Shown here in pieces: positions 1-13,200 of a stretch of DNA of 64,000 nt (positions are counted from its first letter, which is position 1; every line of letters starts with the position of its first letter). This stretch comes from Laetmonice hystrix (Eukaryota): positions 9,610,001 through 9,674,000 of the forward strand of contig OZ249436.1 in assembly GCA_965235115.1 (NCBI GenBank), written 5' to 3'. The translations under genes were made by a program, and so were the position numbers. The notes beneath the pieces are model-generated. The model was given only the letters and a program-made list of their open reading frames with translations, was not told the origin of the DNA and searched no databases.

Positions 1-3000
1 CAGCCCAATCAGGTATAAGGTGCTGATTACATGGGTAGCCGGAAGATGGCAGTGCAGTCAGACGGAGGCCGCTTCAGTACTGCACTCTGGTGTTTGCTTC
101 CAACCTCTCTGTCATCTGTTTCTACTTGGGGATGGGATATCTGATATAGAAAGGCGAATAACGTCATTTGCCATTGTTAATTAAACCTTTACGGCAAACA
201 TCCACTGGGTCTACCATACAACGTTGTCGGACGCTTACAGGTGGTCAGTAGGGGACACAGATTACATGGGGGTAAATGATGGACGAAACGGATGGCCTGC
301 CTCCTGGACAATAAAGGCATGGAAACATGAAACATCAGGCGTCCCTATATTACTGGCCACAGTTGTATAGAAGCAAACAGGACAGTGAGCCCCAAGAGTA
401 CAGGGAGGTCAAACAGTACAGTGAAGAGTCCCCACAAGGTACTGCCTTGCCTAATACCCAAGCAAACACTACAGTGAGGCCGAACGAGGCCAAGCACTAC
501 GAGAGGCCAATCAGCACTCTGGGAAGTCTCTACATCTTATCGGCTGGCCTACTACCCATGCAACCAGTTCAGTGAGGTAGTGGAAATGAAAGATATAGGA
601 GAGGGGCATCTAAATGTTAAAATTTGGAGAAGATACTCAAATGGCAAGTAGACATATCACAACCGTTTATCTATAGCGAACGTACGAGACCTATAGAGGT
701 GACAGTTATACATCTGGCCTAACAATCATAATTTTGGGGGCGTAATTTCAATTTGACGTATCAAAAATGAAGCCATTTTTCGCTTATCATTGTCTCTCCC
801 CTAAGCGCCATAGGTGCCTGCCAGCCCGGCCAGGTATAAGGTGGTGATTACACGGGTAGCCGGAAGATGGCAGTGCAGTCAGAGGGAGGCCGCTTCAGTA
901 CTGCACTCTGGTGTTTGCTTCCAACCTCTCTGTCATCTGTTTCTACTTGGGGATGGGATATCTGATATAGAAAGGCGAATAACGTCATTTGCCATTGTTA
1001 ATTAAACCTTTACGGCAAACATCCACTGGGTCTACCATACAACGTTGTCGGACGCTTACAGGTGGTGAGTAGGGGACACCGATTACATGGGGGTAAATGA
1101 TGGACGAAACGGATGGCCTGCCTCCTGGACAATAAAGGCATGGAAACATGAAACATGAGGCGTCCCTATATTACTGGCCACAGTTGTCTAAAAGCAAACA
1201 GGACAGTGAGCCCCAAGAGTACAGGGAGGCCAAACAGTACAGTGAGGAGTCCCTACAAGGTACTGCTTTGCCTAATACCCAAGCAAACACTACAGTGAGG
1301 CCGAACAGTACAGTGAGGCCAAATAGCATACTGTCAGGCCAAGCACTACGAGAGGCCAATCAGCACTCTGGGAAGTCTCTACATCTTATCGGCTGGCCTA
1401 CTACCCATGCAAACAGTTCATTGAGGTAGTGGTAATGAAAGATATAGGAGAGGGGCATCTAATGTTAAAATTTGGAGAAGATACTCAAATGGCAAGTAGA
1501 CATATCACAACCGTTTATCTATAGCGAACGTACGAGACCTATAGAGGTGACAGTTATACATCTGGCCTAACAATCATAATTTTGGGGGCGTAATTTCAAT
1601 TTGACGTATCAAAAATGAAGCCATTTTTCGCTTATCATTGTCTCTCCCCTAAGCGCCAGAGGTGCCTGCCAGCCCGGCCACGTATAAGGTGGTGATTACA
1701 TGGGTAGCCGCAAGATGGCAGTGCAGTCAGAGCGAGGCCGCTTCAGTACTGCACTCTGGTGTTTGCTTCCAACCTCTCTGTCATCTGTTTCTATTTGGGG
1801 ATGGGATATCTGATATAGAAAGGCGAATAACGTCATTTGCCATTCTTAATTAAACCTTTACGGCAAACATCCACTGGGTCTACCATACAACGTTGTCGGA
1901 CGCTTACAGGTGGTCAGTAGGTGACACAGATTACATGGGGGTAAATGATGGACGAAACGGATGGCCTGCCTCCTGGACCATAAAGGCATGGAAACATGAA
2001 ACATGAGGCGGCCCTATATTACTGGCCACAGTTGTATAGAAGCAAACAGGACAGTGAGCCCCAAGAGTACAGGGAGGCCAAACAGTACAGTGAGGAGTCC
2101 CTACAAGGTACTGCTTTGCCTAATACCCAAGCAAACACTACAGTGAGGCCGAACAGTACAGTGAGGCCAAATAGTATACTGTGAGGCCAAGCACTACGAG
2201 AGGCCAATCAATACTCTGGGAAGTCTCTACATCTTATCGGCTAGCCTACCACCCATGCAAACAGTTCAGTGAGGTAGTGGAAATGAAAGATATAGGCGAG
2301 GGGCATCTAATGTTAAAATTTGGAGAAGATAATCAAATGGCAAGTAGACATATCACAACCGTTTATCTATAGCGAACGTACGAGACCTATAGAGGTGACA
2401 GTTATACATCTGGTCTAACAATCATAATTTTGGGGGCGTAATTTCAATTTGACGTATCAAAAATGAAGCCATTTTTCGCTTATCATTGTCTCTCCCCTAA
2501 GCGCCATAGGTGCCTGCCAGCCCGGCCACGTATAAGGTGGTGATTACATGGGTAGCCGGAAGATGGCAGTGCAGTCAGAGCGAGGCCGCTTCAGTACTGC
2601 ACTCTGGTGTTTGCTTCCAACCTCTCTGTCATCTGTTTCTATTTGGGGATGGGATATCTGATATAGAAAGGCGAATAACGTCATTTGCGAGTGTTAATTA
2701 AACCTTTAGGCAAACATCCACTGAGTCTACCATACAACGTTGTCGGACGCTTACAGGTGGTCAGCAGGGGACACAGATTACATGGGGGTAAATGATGGAC
2801 GAAACGGATGGCCTGCCTCCTGGACAATAAAGGCATGGAAACATGAAACATGAGGCGTCCCTATATTACTGGCTACAGTTGTATAGAAGCAAACAGTACA
2901 GTGATGCCTAAGAGTACAGGGAGGCTAAACAGTACAGTGAGGAATCCCTACAAGGTCCTGCATTGCCTAATACCTAAGCAAACACTACAGTGAGGCCGAA

Positions 3001-6000
3001 CAGTACAGTGAGGCCAAATAGTATACTGTGAGGCCAAGCACTACGAGAGGCCAATCAGTACTCTGGGAAGTCTCTACATCTTATCGGCTGGCCTACCACC
3101 CATGCAAACAGTTCAGTGAGGTAGTGGAAATGAAAGATATAGGCGAGGGGCATCTAATGTTAAAATTTGGAGAAGATACTCAAATGGCAAGTAGACATAT
3201 CACAACCGTTTATCTATAGCGAACGTACGAGACCTATAGAGGTGACAGTTATACATCTGGCCTAACAATCATAATTTTGGGGGCGTAATTTCAATTTGAC
3301 GTATCAAAAATGAAGCCATTTTTCGCTTATCATTGTCTCTCCCCTAAGCGCCATAGGTGCCTGCCAGCCCAATCAGGTATAAGGTGCTGATTACATGGGT
3401 AGCCGGAAGATGGCAGTGCAGTCAGAGGGAGGCCGCTTCAGTACTGCACTCTGGTGTTTGCTTCCAACCTCTCTGTCATCTGTTTCTACTTGGGGATGGG
3501 ATATCTGATATAGAAAGGCGAATAACGTCATTTGCCATTGTTAATTAAACCTTTACGGCAAACATCCACTGAGTCTACCATACAACGTTGTCGGACGCTT
3601 ACAGGTGGTGAGTAGGGGACACCGATTACATGGGGGTAAATGATGGACGAAACGGATGGCCTGCCTCCTGGACAATAAAGGCATGGAAACATGAAACATC
3701 AGGCGGCCCTATATTACTGGCCACAGTTGTCTAAAAGCAAACAGGACAGTGAGCCCCAAGAGTACAGGGAGGCCAAACAGTACAGTGAGGAGTCCCTACA
3801 AGGTACTGCTTTGCCTAATACCCAAGCAAACACTACAGTGAGGCCGAACAGTACAGTGAGGCCAAATAGCATACTGTCAGGCCAAGCACTACGAGAGGCC
3901 AATCAGCACTCTGGGAAGTCTCTACATCTTATCGGCTGGCCTACTACCCATGCAAACAGTTCATTGAGGTAGTGGTAATGAAAGATATAGGAGAGGGGCA
4001 TCTAATGTTAAAATTTGGAGAAGATACTCAAATGGCAAGTAGACATATCACAACCGTTTATCTATAGCGAACGTACGAGACCTATAGAGGTGACAGTTAT
4101 ACATCTGGCCTAACAATCATAATTTTGGGGGCGTAATTTTAATTTGACGTATCAAAAATGAAGCCATTTTTCACTTATCATTGTCTCTCCCCTAAGCGCC
4201 AGAGGTGCCTGCCAGCCCGGCCACGTATAATGTGGTGATTACATGGGTAGCCGCAAGATGGCAGTGCAGTCAGAGCGAGGCCGCTTCAGTACTGCACTCT
4301 GGTGTTTGCTTCCAACCTCTCTGTCATCTGTTTCTATTTGGGGATGGGATATCTGATATAGAAAGGCGAATAACGTCATTTGCCATTCTTAATTAAACCT
4401 TTACGGCAAACATCCACTGGGTCTACCATACAACGTTGTCGGACGCTTACAGGTGGTCAGTAGGTGACACAGATTACATGGGGGTAAATGATGGACGAAA
4501 CGGATGGCCTGCCTCCTGGACCATAAAGGCATGGAAACATGAAACATGAGGCGGCCCTATATTACTGGCCACAGTTGTATAGAAGCAAACAGGACAGTGA
4601 GCCCCAAGAGTACAGGGAGGCCAAACAGTACAGTGAGGAGTCCCTACAAGGTACTGCTTTGCCTAATACCCAAGCAAACACTACAGTGAGGCCGAACAGT
4701 ACAGTGAGGCCAAATAGTATACTGTGAGGCCAAGCACTACGAGAGGCCAATCAATACTCTGGGAAGTCTCTACATCTTATCGGCTAGCCTACCACCCATG
4801 CAAACAGTTCAGTGAGGTAGTGGAAATGAAAGATATAGGCGAGGGGCATCTAATGTTAAAATTTGGAGAAGATAATCAAATGGCAAGTAGACATATCACA
4901 ACCGTTTATCTATAGCGAACGTACGAGACCTATAGAGGTGACAGTTATACATCTGGTCTAACAATCATAATTTTGGGGGCGTAATTTCAATTTGACGTAT
5001 CAAAAATGAAGCCATTTTTCGCTTATCATTGTCTCTCCCCTAAGCGCCATAGGTGCCTGCCAGCCCGGCCACGTATAAGGTGGTGATTACATGGGTAGCC
5101 GGAAGATGGCAGTGCAGTCAGAGCGAGGCCGCTTCAGTACTGCACTCTGGTGTTTGCTTCCAACCTCTCTGTCATCTGTTTCTATTTGGGGATGGGATAT
5201 CTGATATAGAAAGGCGAATAACGTCATTTGCGAGTGTTAATTAAACCTTTAGGCAAACATCCACTGAGTCTACCATACAACGTTGTCGGACGCTTACAGG
5301 TGGTCAGCAGGGGACACAGATTACATGGGGGTAAATGATGGACGAAACGGATGGCCTGCCTCCTGGACAATAAAGGCATGGAAACATGAAACATGAGGCG
5401 TCCCTATATTACTGGCTACAGTTGTATAGAAGCAAACAGTACAGTGATGCCTAAGAGTACAGGGAGGCTAAACAGTACAGTGAGGAATCCCTACAAGGTC
5501 CTGCATTGCCTAATACCTAAGCAAACACTACAGTGAGGCCGAACAGTACAGTGAGGCCAAATAGTATACTGTGAGGCCAAGCACTACGAGAGGCCAATCA
5601 GTACTCTGGGAAGTCTCTACATCTTATCGGCTGGCCTACCACCCATGCAAACAGTTCAGTGAGGTAGTGGAAATGAAAGATATAGGCGAGGGGCATCTAA
5701 TGTTAAAATTTGGAGAAGATACTCAAATGGCAAGTAGACATATCACAACCGTTTATCTATAGCGAACGTACGAGACCTATAGAGGTGACAGTTATACATC
5801 TGGCCTAACAATCATAATTTTGGGGGCGTAATTTCAATTTGACGTATCAAAAATGAAGCCATTTTTCGCTTATCATTGTCTCTCCCCTAAGCGCCATAGG
5901 TGCCTGCCAGCCCAATCAGGTATAAGGTGCTGATTACATGGGTAGCCGGAAGATGGCAGTGCAGTCAGAGGGAGGCCGCTTCAGTACTGCACTCTGGTGT

Positions 6001-7740
6001 TTGCTTCCAACCTCTCTGTCATCTGTTTCTACTTGGGGATGGGATATCTGATATAGAAAGGCGAATAACGTCATTTGCCATTCTTAATTAAACCTTTACG
6101 GCAAACATCCACTGGGTCTACCATACAACGTTGTCGGACGCTTACAGGTGGTCAGTAGGGGACACAGATTACATGGGGGTAAATGATGGACGAAACGGAT
6201 GGCCTGCCTCCTGGACAATAAAGGCATGGAAACATGAAACATGAGGCGTCCCTATATTACTGTCCACAGTTGTATAGAAGCAAACAGGACAGTGAGCCCC
6301 AAGAGTACAGGGAGGTCAAACAGTACAGTGAAGAGTCCCTACAAGGTACTGCCTTGCCTAATACCCAAGCAAACACTACAGTGAGGCCGAACGAGGCCAA
6401 GCACTACGAGAGGCCAATCAGCACTCTGGGAAGTCTCTACATCTTATCGGCTGGCCTACTACCCATGCAAACAGTTCATTGAGATAGTGGTAATGAAAGA
6501 TATAGGAGAGGGGCATCTAATGTTAAAATTTGGAGAAGATACTCAAATGGCAAGTAGACATATCACAACCGTTTATCTATAGCGAACGTACGAGACCTAT
6601 AGAGGTGACAGTTATACATCCGGCCTAACAATCATAATTTTGGGGGCGTAATTTCAATTTGACGTATGAAAAATGAAGCCATTTTTCGCTTATCATTGTC
6701 TCTCCCCTAAGCGCCATAGGTGCCTGCCAGCCCGGCCAGGTATAAGGTGGTGATTACATGGGTAACCGGAAGATGGCAGTGCAGTCGGAGGGAGGCCGCT
6801 TCAGTACTGCACTGTGGTGTTTGCTTGCAACATCTCTGTCATCTGTTTCTATTTGGGGATGGGATATCTGATATAGAAAGACGAATAACGTCATTTGCCA
6901 TTGTTAATCAAACCTTTACGGCAAACATCCACTGGGTCTACCATACAACGTTGTCGGACGCTTACAGGTGGTCAGTAGGGGAGACAGATTACATGGGGGT
7001 AAATGATGTACGAAAAGGATGGCCTGCCTCCTGGACAATAAAGGCATGGAAACATGAAACATGAGGCGTCCCTATATTACTGGCTACAGTTGTATAGAAG
7101 CAAACAGTACAGTGATGCCTAAGAGTACAGGGAGGCCAAACAGTACAGTGAGGAATCCCTACAAGGTCCTGCATTGCCTAATACCCAAGCAAACACTACA
7201 GTGAGGCCGAACAGTACAGTGAGGCCAAATAGCATACTGTGAGGCCAAGCACTACGAGAGGCCAATCAGTGCTCTGGGAAGTCTCTACATCTTATCGGCT
7301 GGCCTACCACCCATGCAAACAGTTCAGTGAGGTAGTGGAAATGAAAGATATAGGCGAGGGGCATCTAATGTTAAAATTTGGAGAAGATAATCAAATGGGA
7401 AGTAGACACATCACAACCGTTTATCTATAGCGAACGTACGAGACCTATAGAGGTGACAGTTATACATCTGGCCTAACAATCATAATTTTGGGGGCGTAAT
7501 TTCAATTTGACGTATCAAAAATGAAGCCATTTTTCGCTTATCATTGTCTCTCCCCTAAGCGCCATAGGTGCCTGCCAGCCCGGCCAGGTATAAGGTGGTG
7601 ATTACACGGGTAGCCGGAAGATGGCAGTGCAGTCAGAGGGAGGCCGCTTCAGTACTGCACTCTGGTGTTTGCTTCCAACCTCTCTGTCATCTGTTTCTAC
7701 TTGGGGATAGGATATCTGATAGAGAAAGGCGAACAACGTC
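1..7740. repeat. Tandem array of ~848-bp monomers (about 9 copies, extends off the left edge)
   Basis: Identical short ORFs recur at 814, 1662, 2510, 3357, 4205, 5053, 5900, 6720 and 7568 (spacing 847-848; 820 where a 28-bp deletion occurs). Each monomer has internal acagtacagtgaggcc sub-repeats. Confidence 0.97.
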
Positions 7741-10173
7741 ATTACAACGTCCGACAACGTTGTATGGTAGACCCAGTGGATGTTTGCCGTAAAGGTTTAA
7801 TTAAATTAAATTTAAATAAAAGACACCGGGCTGGCAGGCACCTATGGCGCTTTTTTTTTTTATAATTTAATTTAATTTAACAGTACAGTGACACCAAACA
7901 GTACAGTGAGGAGTCCCTACATAGTACTGGCTGGCCTAGTATCCCAAGCAAACAGTACAATCTCAAATTTGTACATGCCCCAATTAACCAGATGATATCA
8001 TGTTCCAAATATTATGACACTGGGGTAAAAATTATAGAAGTTACAGTCAAGAAATAGTGTTCCAAAATTTTTAGGCCCACCCGATATATAAGGGTGGTTA
8101 AGGCCTAAGTAGGCCTACCTAGTTAGAAACTATCATGGGCCTAGAGCTTGCTCCTACTCTTCTAGAAACTCAAGAAATGAGTCCTCCTCTGAGAAATTGG
8201 ATAATAAGCGAGCGAACTAATATGTCTAAACTAAACGGGGAAAAAGACCAACATGGGATTCTGCAGACTGGCAAATTTTATTCGATCTCAAACCAAACAA
8301 TTATTCCTCCTGACCCTTGTGTGTCAGATCAACTGAAAATGACCACTTCAAACCACAGCATGGTTCTATAAATAGCACCTGCTGTGTGTTAATTCCAACC
8401 CTGTACATGACGGTGAATGTCACCTGCAGATGAACACGGTGGCTTCTGTACATTACATATTGCTCCAAAAGGTAGTCTTCAAACATATCGTATTTACTTG
8501 AGCCGTCATTGTAACAAAACAATCCCCTAGGTTAATACTGGACAACTATGATCTAGGAGATGAAAGATTCACTGACGGGAACATGCACCAAAATACGCAG
8601 AAATTTTTCACAGCAACACAAATAGCTCAACTGGAAGAAAGTAGGCCTATTCTATAATACATAATTTACTACTCAATACACAGAGTAATTCTGACCTTAA
8701 TAAATCGCCACGGATGATGATTGTCCGCTCAACATGTTAGCAACTAATGCAATGACCACTTCCTGAAACCCTGCAGATGTCTGACGTTAGCAACTAGCTG
8801 TCTATGCAATTATTGTGTATATTACACAGTTAATATGGCAGATATCTAAGCGAGTAAATAGATTAAAGAGCACACGACGGTGTAGAGTATCAAAGACAAC
8901 ATCCTGTCTCGGCATAGACCAGTAGACCTAGGATTAAATTAATGGCGATTCATAGTGTGCGTAAAAAAGATTTCCAACAGCAGCACGCTTGTACAACATT
9001 GACTGCAGGGACAACCAGACTGATAGATTCCAATTTGTCCTGATGAGCTGAACGTCAAAATTTCTTGGTGCCGTTATTGCTATCATGCAAACATCTGATT
9101 GCCGTACTAATGCCTAGGCTACAAGGCTTTGGAATGCAGGATATTCAGTGGCCAGTCCTTATACACCCACGGTGCACAATGTCGTAAATAATCTAGATCA
9201 ACACCGACTACCAAACGGCTGGCATAAAATCCCGCCAGGCTTTCATCAACGCAAGCCCTGACGGCAAGTGTCCTGCACAGGCTCCACCTAGTGGCGTCCA
9301 TTGGTATTAATCGCTCATGATACACCGCGCACGTACAAACATGGACACAGTCGGCCTTGCTCGCGCGGAATTATCAACTGATGTCAATAAAACAGATCCT
9401 TGAAACATTTGTGAACACTCTACGTTACACATTTCTCCGAGCATTACACTTTAACAAAACTGGAGGGGCACATCAAAAACACCAAACATCGGGTGCAAGT
9501 CAACTAATTTGTAGCAAGGTGCTAGGTAAGAACTCTCCCCTTCTTCCCAGTATCGATACCGATAACCGCGCCATCTTGTGGGAATAACAAATATAGCAAC
9601 CAAAGTGCAAAGCATGGACGCGTCGAGTTTCCACTGTATGAAAAAACGCAAGCATTTCAGACGAAATCGATAAGTTCGAAGTAAACATGCTTGTATCTGA
9701 TAGAAAATGCTAGGCAAGGCACAAATGGCAATGTATAAAAATGAATAGTATATTGAAAGTGCATGGTATAATTATTATATCCGAGCTGGTATCCACTGGT
9801 TGGTAGACTACCAGATTATATCAACATCACAACTCTCCGTACCTACGGTAGCTATCATAGTAACAGGATTACTGGTTACCATAGTAACCACCTATGTGAC
9901 CTCAACGGCCCCACCCCTGCCTTTAGCTTGCTTAACCAAGCATCGCTGACTCTCTCGTCTAGATACTTAATGATCTAATAGTTATTATTAATTGTATTTC
10001 TTTTCTTCATTTCATCAGTCTCGGAATATATTTCATTCTGATAACTTTAATTAACGGTATTTTTACAATGCAGTTTCTCATTTACATTCCGTCGTTTTCA
10101 CATTCTTTCCTTGACCATTGACGTTCCTGCGTGATGTTTTGTGCCTAGTTATCTATTACCCCGCCAGGTTCGC

Positions 10174-10269
10174 TCAGTAACGTGCCGTTCCAGGCACTGC
10201 ATGTTTTTTGCAGTAGGGGCGTCCACTCTTGGCGTAGAAACTCTGACCTTCCAAGTTGATCTGGCACGT
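10174..10269 (-). CDS. Gene A terminal exon (end of LIM3)
   Basis: ttacag acceptor; TCQINLEGQSFYAKSGRPYCKKHAMPGTARY*. Confidence 0.9.
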   Translation of the reverse strand, partial: TCQINLEGQSFYAKSGRPYCKKHAVPGTARY

Positions 10270-13200
10270 CTGTAACAAAAGACATTTAGAATGAAGAATA
10301 CTGTAATGGCTTGTCTCTGCAGGATTCTAAATATACTCATGAATCTCTTAAAAAATATATCTCTTTTCACACGCTTGATTCTTCATGTATATCCAGTACA
10401 TGAACGATTATACAGGATGTCTTTAAAAGTACGTTTGGGTAGTTAGGACTAGACCATGGCGAAAGGTTTCACTTACACTGCAGTTAAAGCACTCCGAGTG
10501 CCAGTTCTGGTTAAGGGCCTCGACCCAGCGGTCGCCAGGCTCAATGGGAAACTGACAACCATAGCACTTAGTCTGGAACATAGCCTGCCAGTCTGGAAAG
10601 AAATGAAGATTTCCTTTGAAAGGAAGGGCTAAGGGCAAACATCTCATTCAGAGATAGAAGTTAAAAACGATTTCTTCCATTGATTCGGTAGATCTTGGAA
10701 ATACTAAATACATGTCTACAATAACCTTTAAAATCTAAATAACATCTGTCACGTATTTTCCCATTTGGGCGGGAGTTCTGACTTCCCATACTGGACAGTG
10801 ACCAGGACGTCAACGGTTTGCGTACCTTTGTCACAGTAAGGGTTGCCATCCTCCAGGTGGAAACTGCCGGACCCGATGGGTTGACGGCAGTGGACACAGA
10901 GGAAGCAGTGGGGGTGGTATGTGTTCCTTAGGGCGTTGACACAGTCCTGTCCAAAACACAACACTTTCAAATTCATCAGCAAATAAACAACAGAAATGGT
11001 GCCATTGTCATCCTATTTCTTCACTTTCATTGTTCTTTATAGCAAAACATCTGGTTAAGTTTAATAAGTAAAACTTGCACATTGAGGCAGAGTCTAGGGT
11101 GCGTTTCTCGATCACCATGTCGTTAGCTTGTCGTATCGTTAACTCCAATGTATTTTCAATGGGGATTTTAACGCACGATAGGATAACGATAGATGAGAAA
11201 CGCACCCCTGATTTAACAAGTTCATATAACCATCAGCGAAAAAGTTTATCAGGAAACAAGAAGCTTTGTTAGAAACGTTAAAAACACCTCTCAACGCGGA
11301 GTTAACTTGAACGAGGGATTAGAAGAAATCAACTTACCCCTACAATCTTGCCACTACATTTGCCACAGGTTGGGGCAAAATAAGTGGCATAGTCCCGCTC
11401 ACAGAAAACTTGTCCCTCCTCCTCCACGAAGCCGATGTCAATGAGAGGAACCTTGCAGTTAGGGTTGGAGCAGGTGAAGTGATCCGGGCACCACTCCTTA
11501 TCCAACGCCAACACGAACGGGCCTCTGAAACAGACAAACCGGACAGATTTTAAACAACGCCAACACGAACGGGCCTCTGAAACAGACAAACCGGACAGAT
11601 TTTAAACAACGCCAACACGAACGGGCCTCTGAAACAGACAAACCGGACAGATTATAAACAACGCCAACACGAACGGGCCTCTGAAACAGACAAACCGGAC
11701 AGATTTTAAACAACGCCAACACGAACGGGCCTCTGAAACAGACAAACTGGTCAGATTTTAAACAACGCCAACACGAACAGGCCTCTGAAACAGACAAACC
11801 GGACAGATTTTAAACAACGCCAACACGAACGGGCCTCTGAAACAGACAAACCGGTCAGATTTTAAACAACGCCAACACGAACGGGCCTCTGAAACCGACA
11901 AACCGGACAGATTATAAACAACGCCAACACGAACGGGCCTCTGAAACAGACAAACCGGTCAGATTTTAAAACGTCAGTGTCTTGTGTTAGACACAGTGTA
12001 AGACGGCTTCTACAAGTATCAATACAGATTTCCATCATACTGGTAATTTATATATAATATAAATTGATACATTGAAACATAAGATATGTTTCTGTTGTAC
12101 AGGAATGGGTAGCGTACCTGATCGCAATGCCACACTTTGTACAGATGGGAATACCGCCGCCGGTCCTCATTGGCATGCTCTTGGCGTCTCCAGCCCGACC
12201 AAGTCTCATCTTGCGGGGACCTGTGGGCACCACTGGGGACCAAGGCTGTGCTCCTGCACGCGCTGGGGCCCGGGCCGGGGCAGGGGCCGGGGCAGGGGCT
12301 GAGTAACCCGCACGTGGGGCAGCTGGAGCAGGGGCACTTGAGGCACTGGGACCACTGAAGAAAGAGACAACAAAAACCCCGACGTTAATTAAATTTCTGG
12401 ATATCCTTAGCCTCATTTTTATAGTGAAGACGTTTTTATCATGGTTTAAGTTATGCTGATGCAGCATGCTGATCGAGGCAGCAGTTTCGCCAAGATGCAC
12501 AATCATTGTTCATAAAATAGCGACGATTTGTTAAGTTACATACGGAAGAATTTTTTTTCCTTCCGAATAACTGAAAATTTGCTTGTGTCTTTCACTGACT
12601 GAAGTAAACCATCCATATAGCACCACTATCGTTTCCTATACACGGCACTGAACACTGAAACAAAGCTTTCACAACATTATCCACGGGGAAATCTTTCAAG
12701 ACGAACACACGATGAGTGGTACATTTAGACAAAGTGGGAATGGTGAAAACCAAACAAAGGGCGGGGTATGGTCTATTTCTGTCAACTTAAACACAAGGTC
12801 TAACCAGTGATCTAATGCCAAAAACTGAACAAACATAGTGAATCAATATAATTACGTCCCTTTCAATTCTCCACTCAACTTTCATCGTTTACATGTGATA
12901 GGGGTCCACAGTACTGGATCCTTTAGTTAGCTTACATTGACAGTGAATGGAAATTTATAACATATTTAAAAACAAAATCTATAGCTAGATCTATTTCAAT
13001 ACCCAGACTCAACGACGCAAAACATAACATCTGACGCCTTTTTACTGGCATATTATACACTAATGTGTGTGTGCCGTTTTGGTTTCGAATAGAAGATGGT
13101 ACATTTCCTGACGAGTTTAGTCTGTATCGTTTACGTACCCTACACGGTTGACCTTGTTAGTCCAAGAGGCAGTCTGTGTAGGGGCGGGGTTGAAGGTTTT

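Noticed and set aside
130-300. Hammerhead-like fragments (ctgata...gaat...gtc; ggacgaaac) in the monomer, suggesting a retrozyme array
   Set aside because: The core CUGANGA and GAAA are not both intact and no stems I-III could be built.
720-760. aattttggggg in each monomer as an Sm site of an SL RNA/snRNA gene array
   Set aside because: No recognisable U1/U2/U4/U5/SL or 5S sequence, stem-loop context or leader donor. An Infernal/Rfam scan would be decisive.
327-7792. Repeated 60-114-aa ORFs in the satellite (MPASP..., MKHEA..., MRPST...), including a Cys/His stretch vaguely like a B-box
   Set aside because: They mostly have non-ATG starts, stops that vary between copies and no recognisable domain. 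The 114-aa version at 6720 arises from one TAA-to-CAA change. They are by-products of the repeat.
8000-9750. Region downstream of gene A as a decayed transposon
   Set aside because: No transposase or reverse transcriptase motif, TIR or LTR could be identified by eye.
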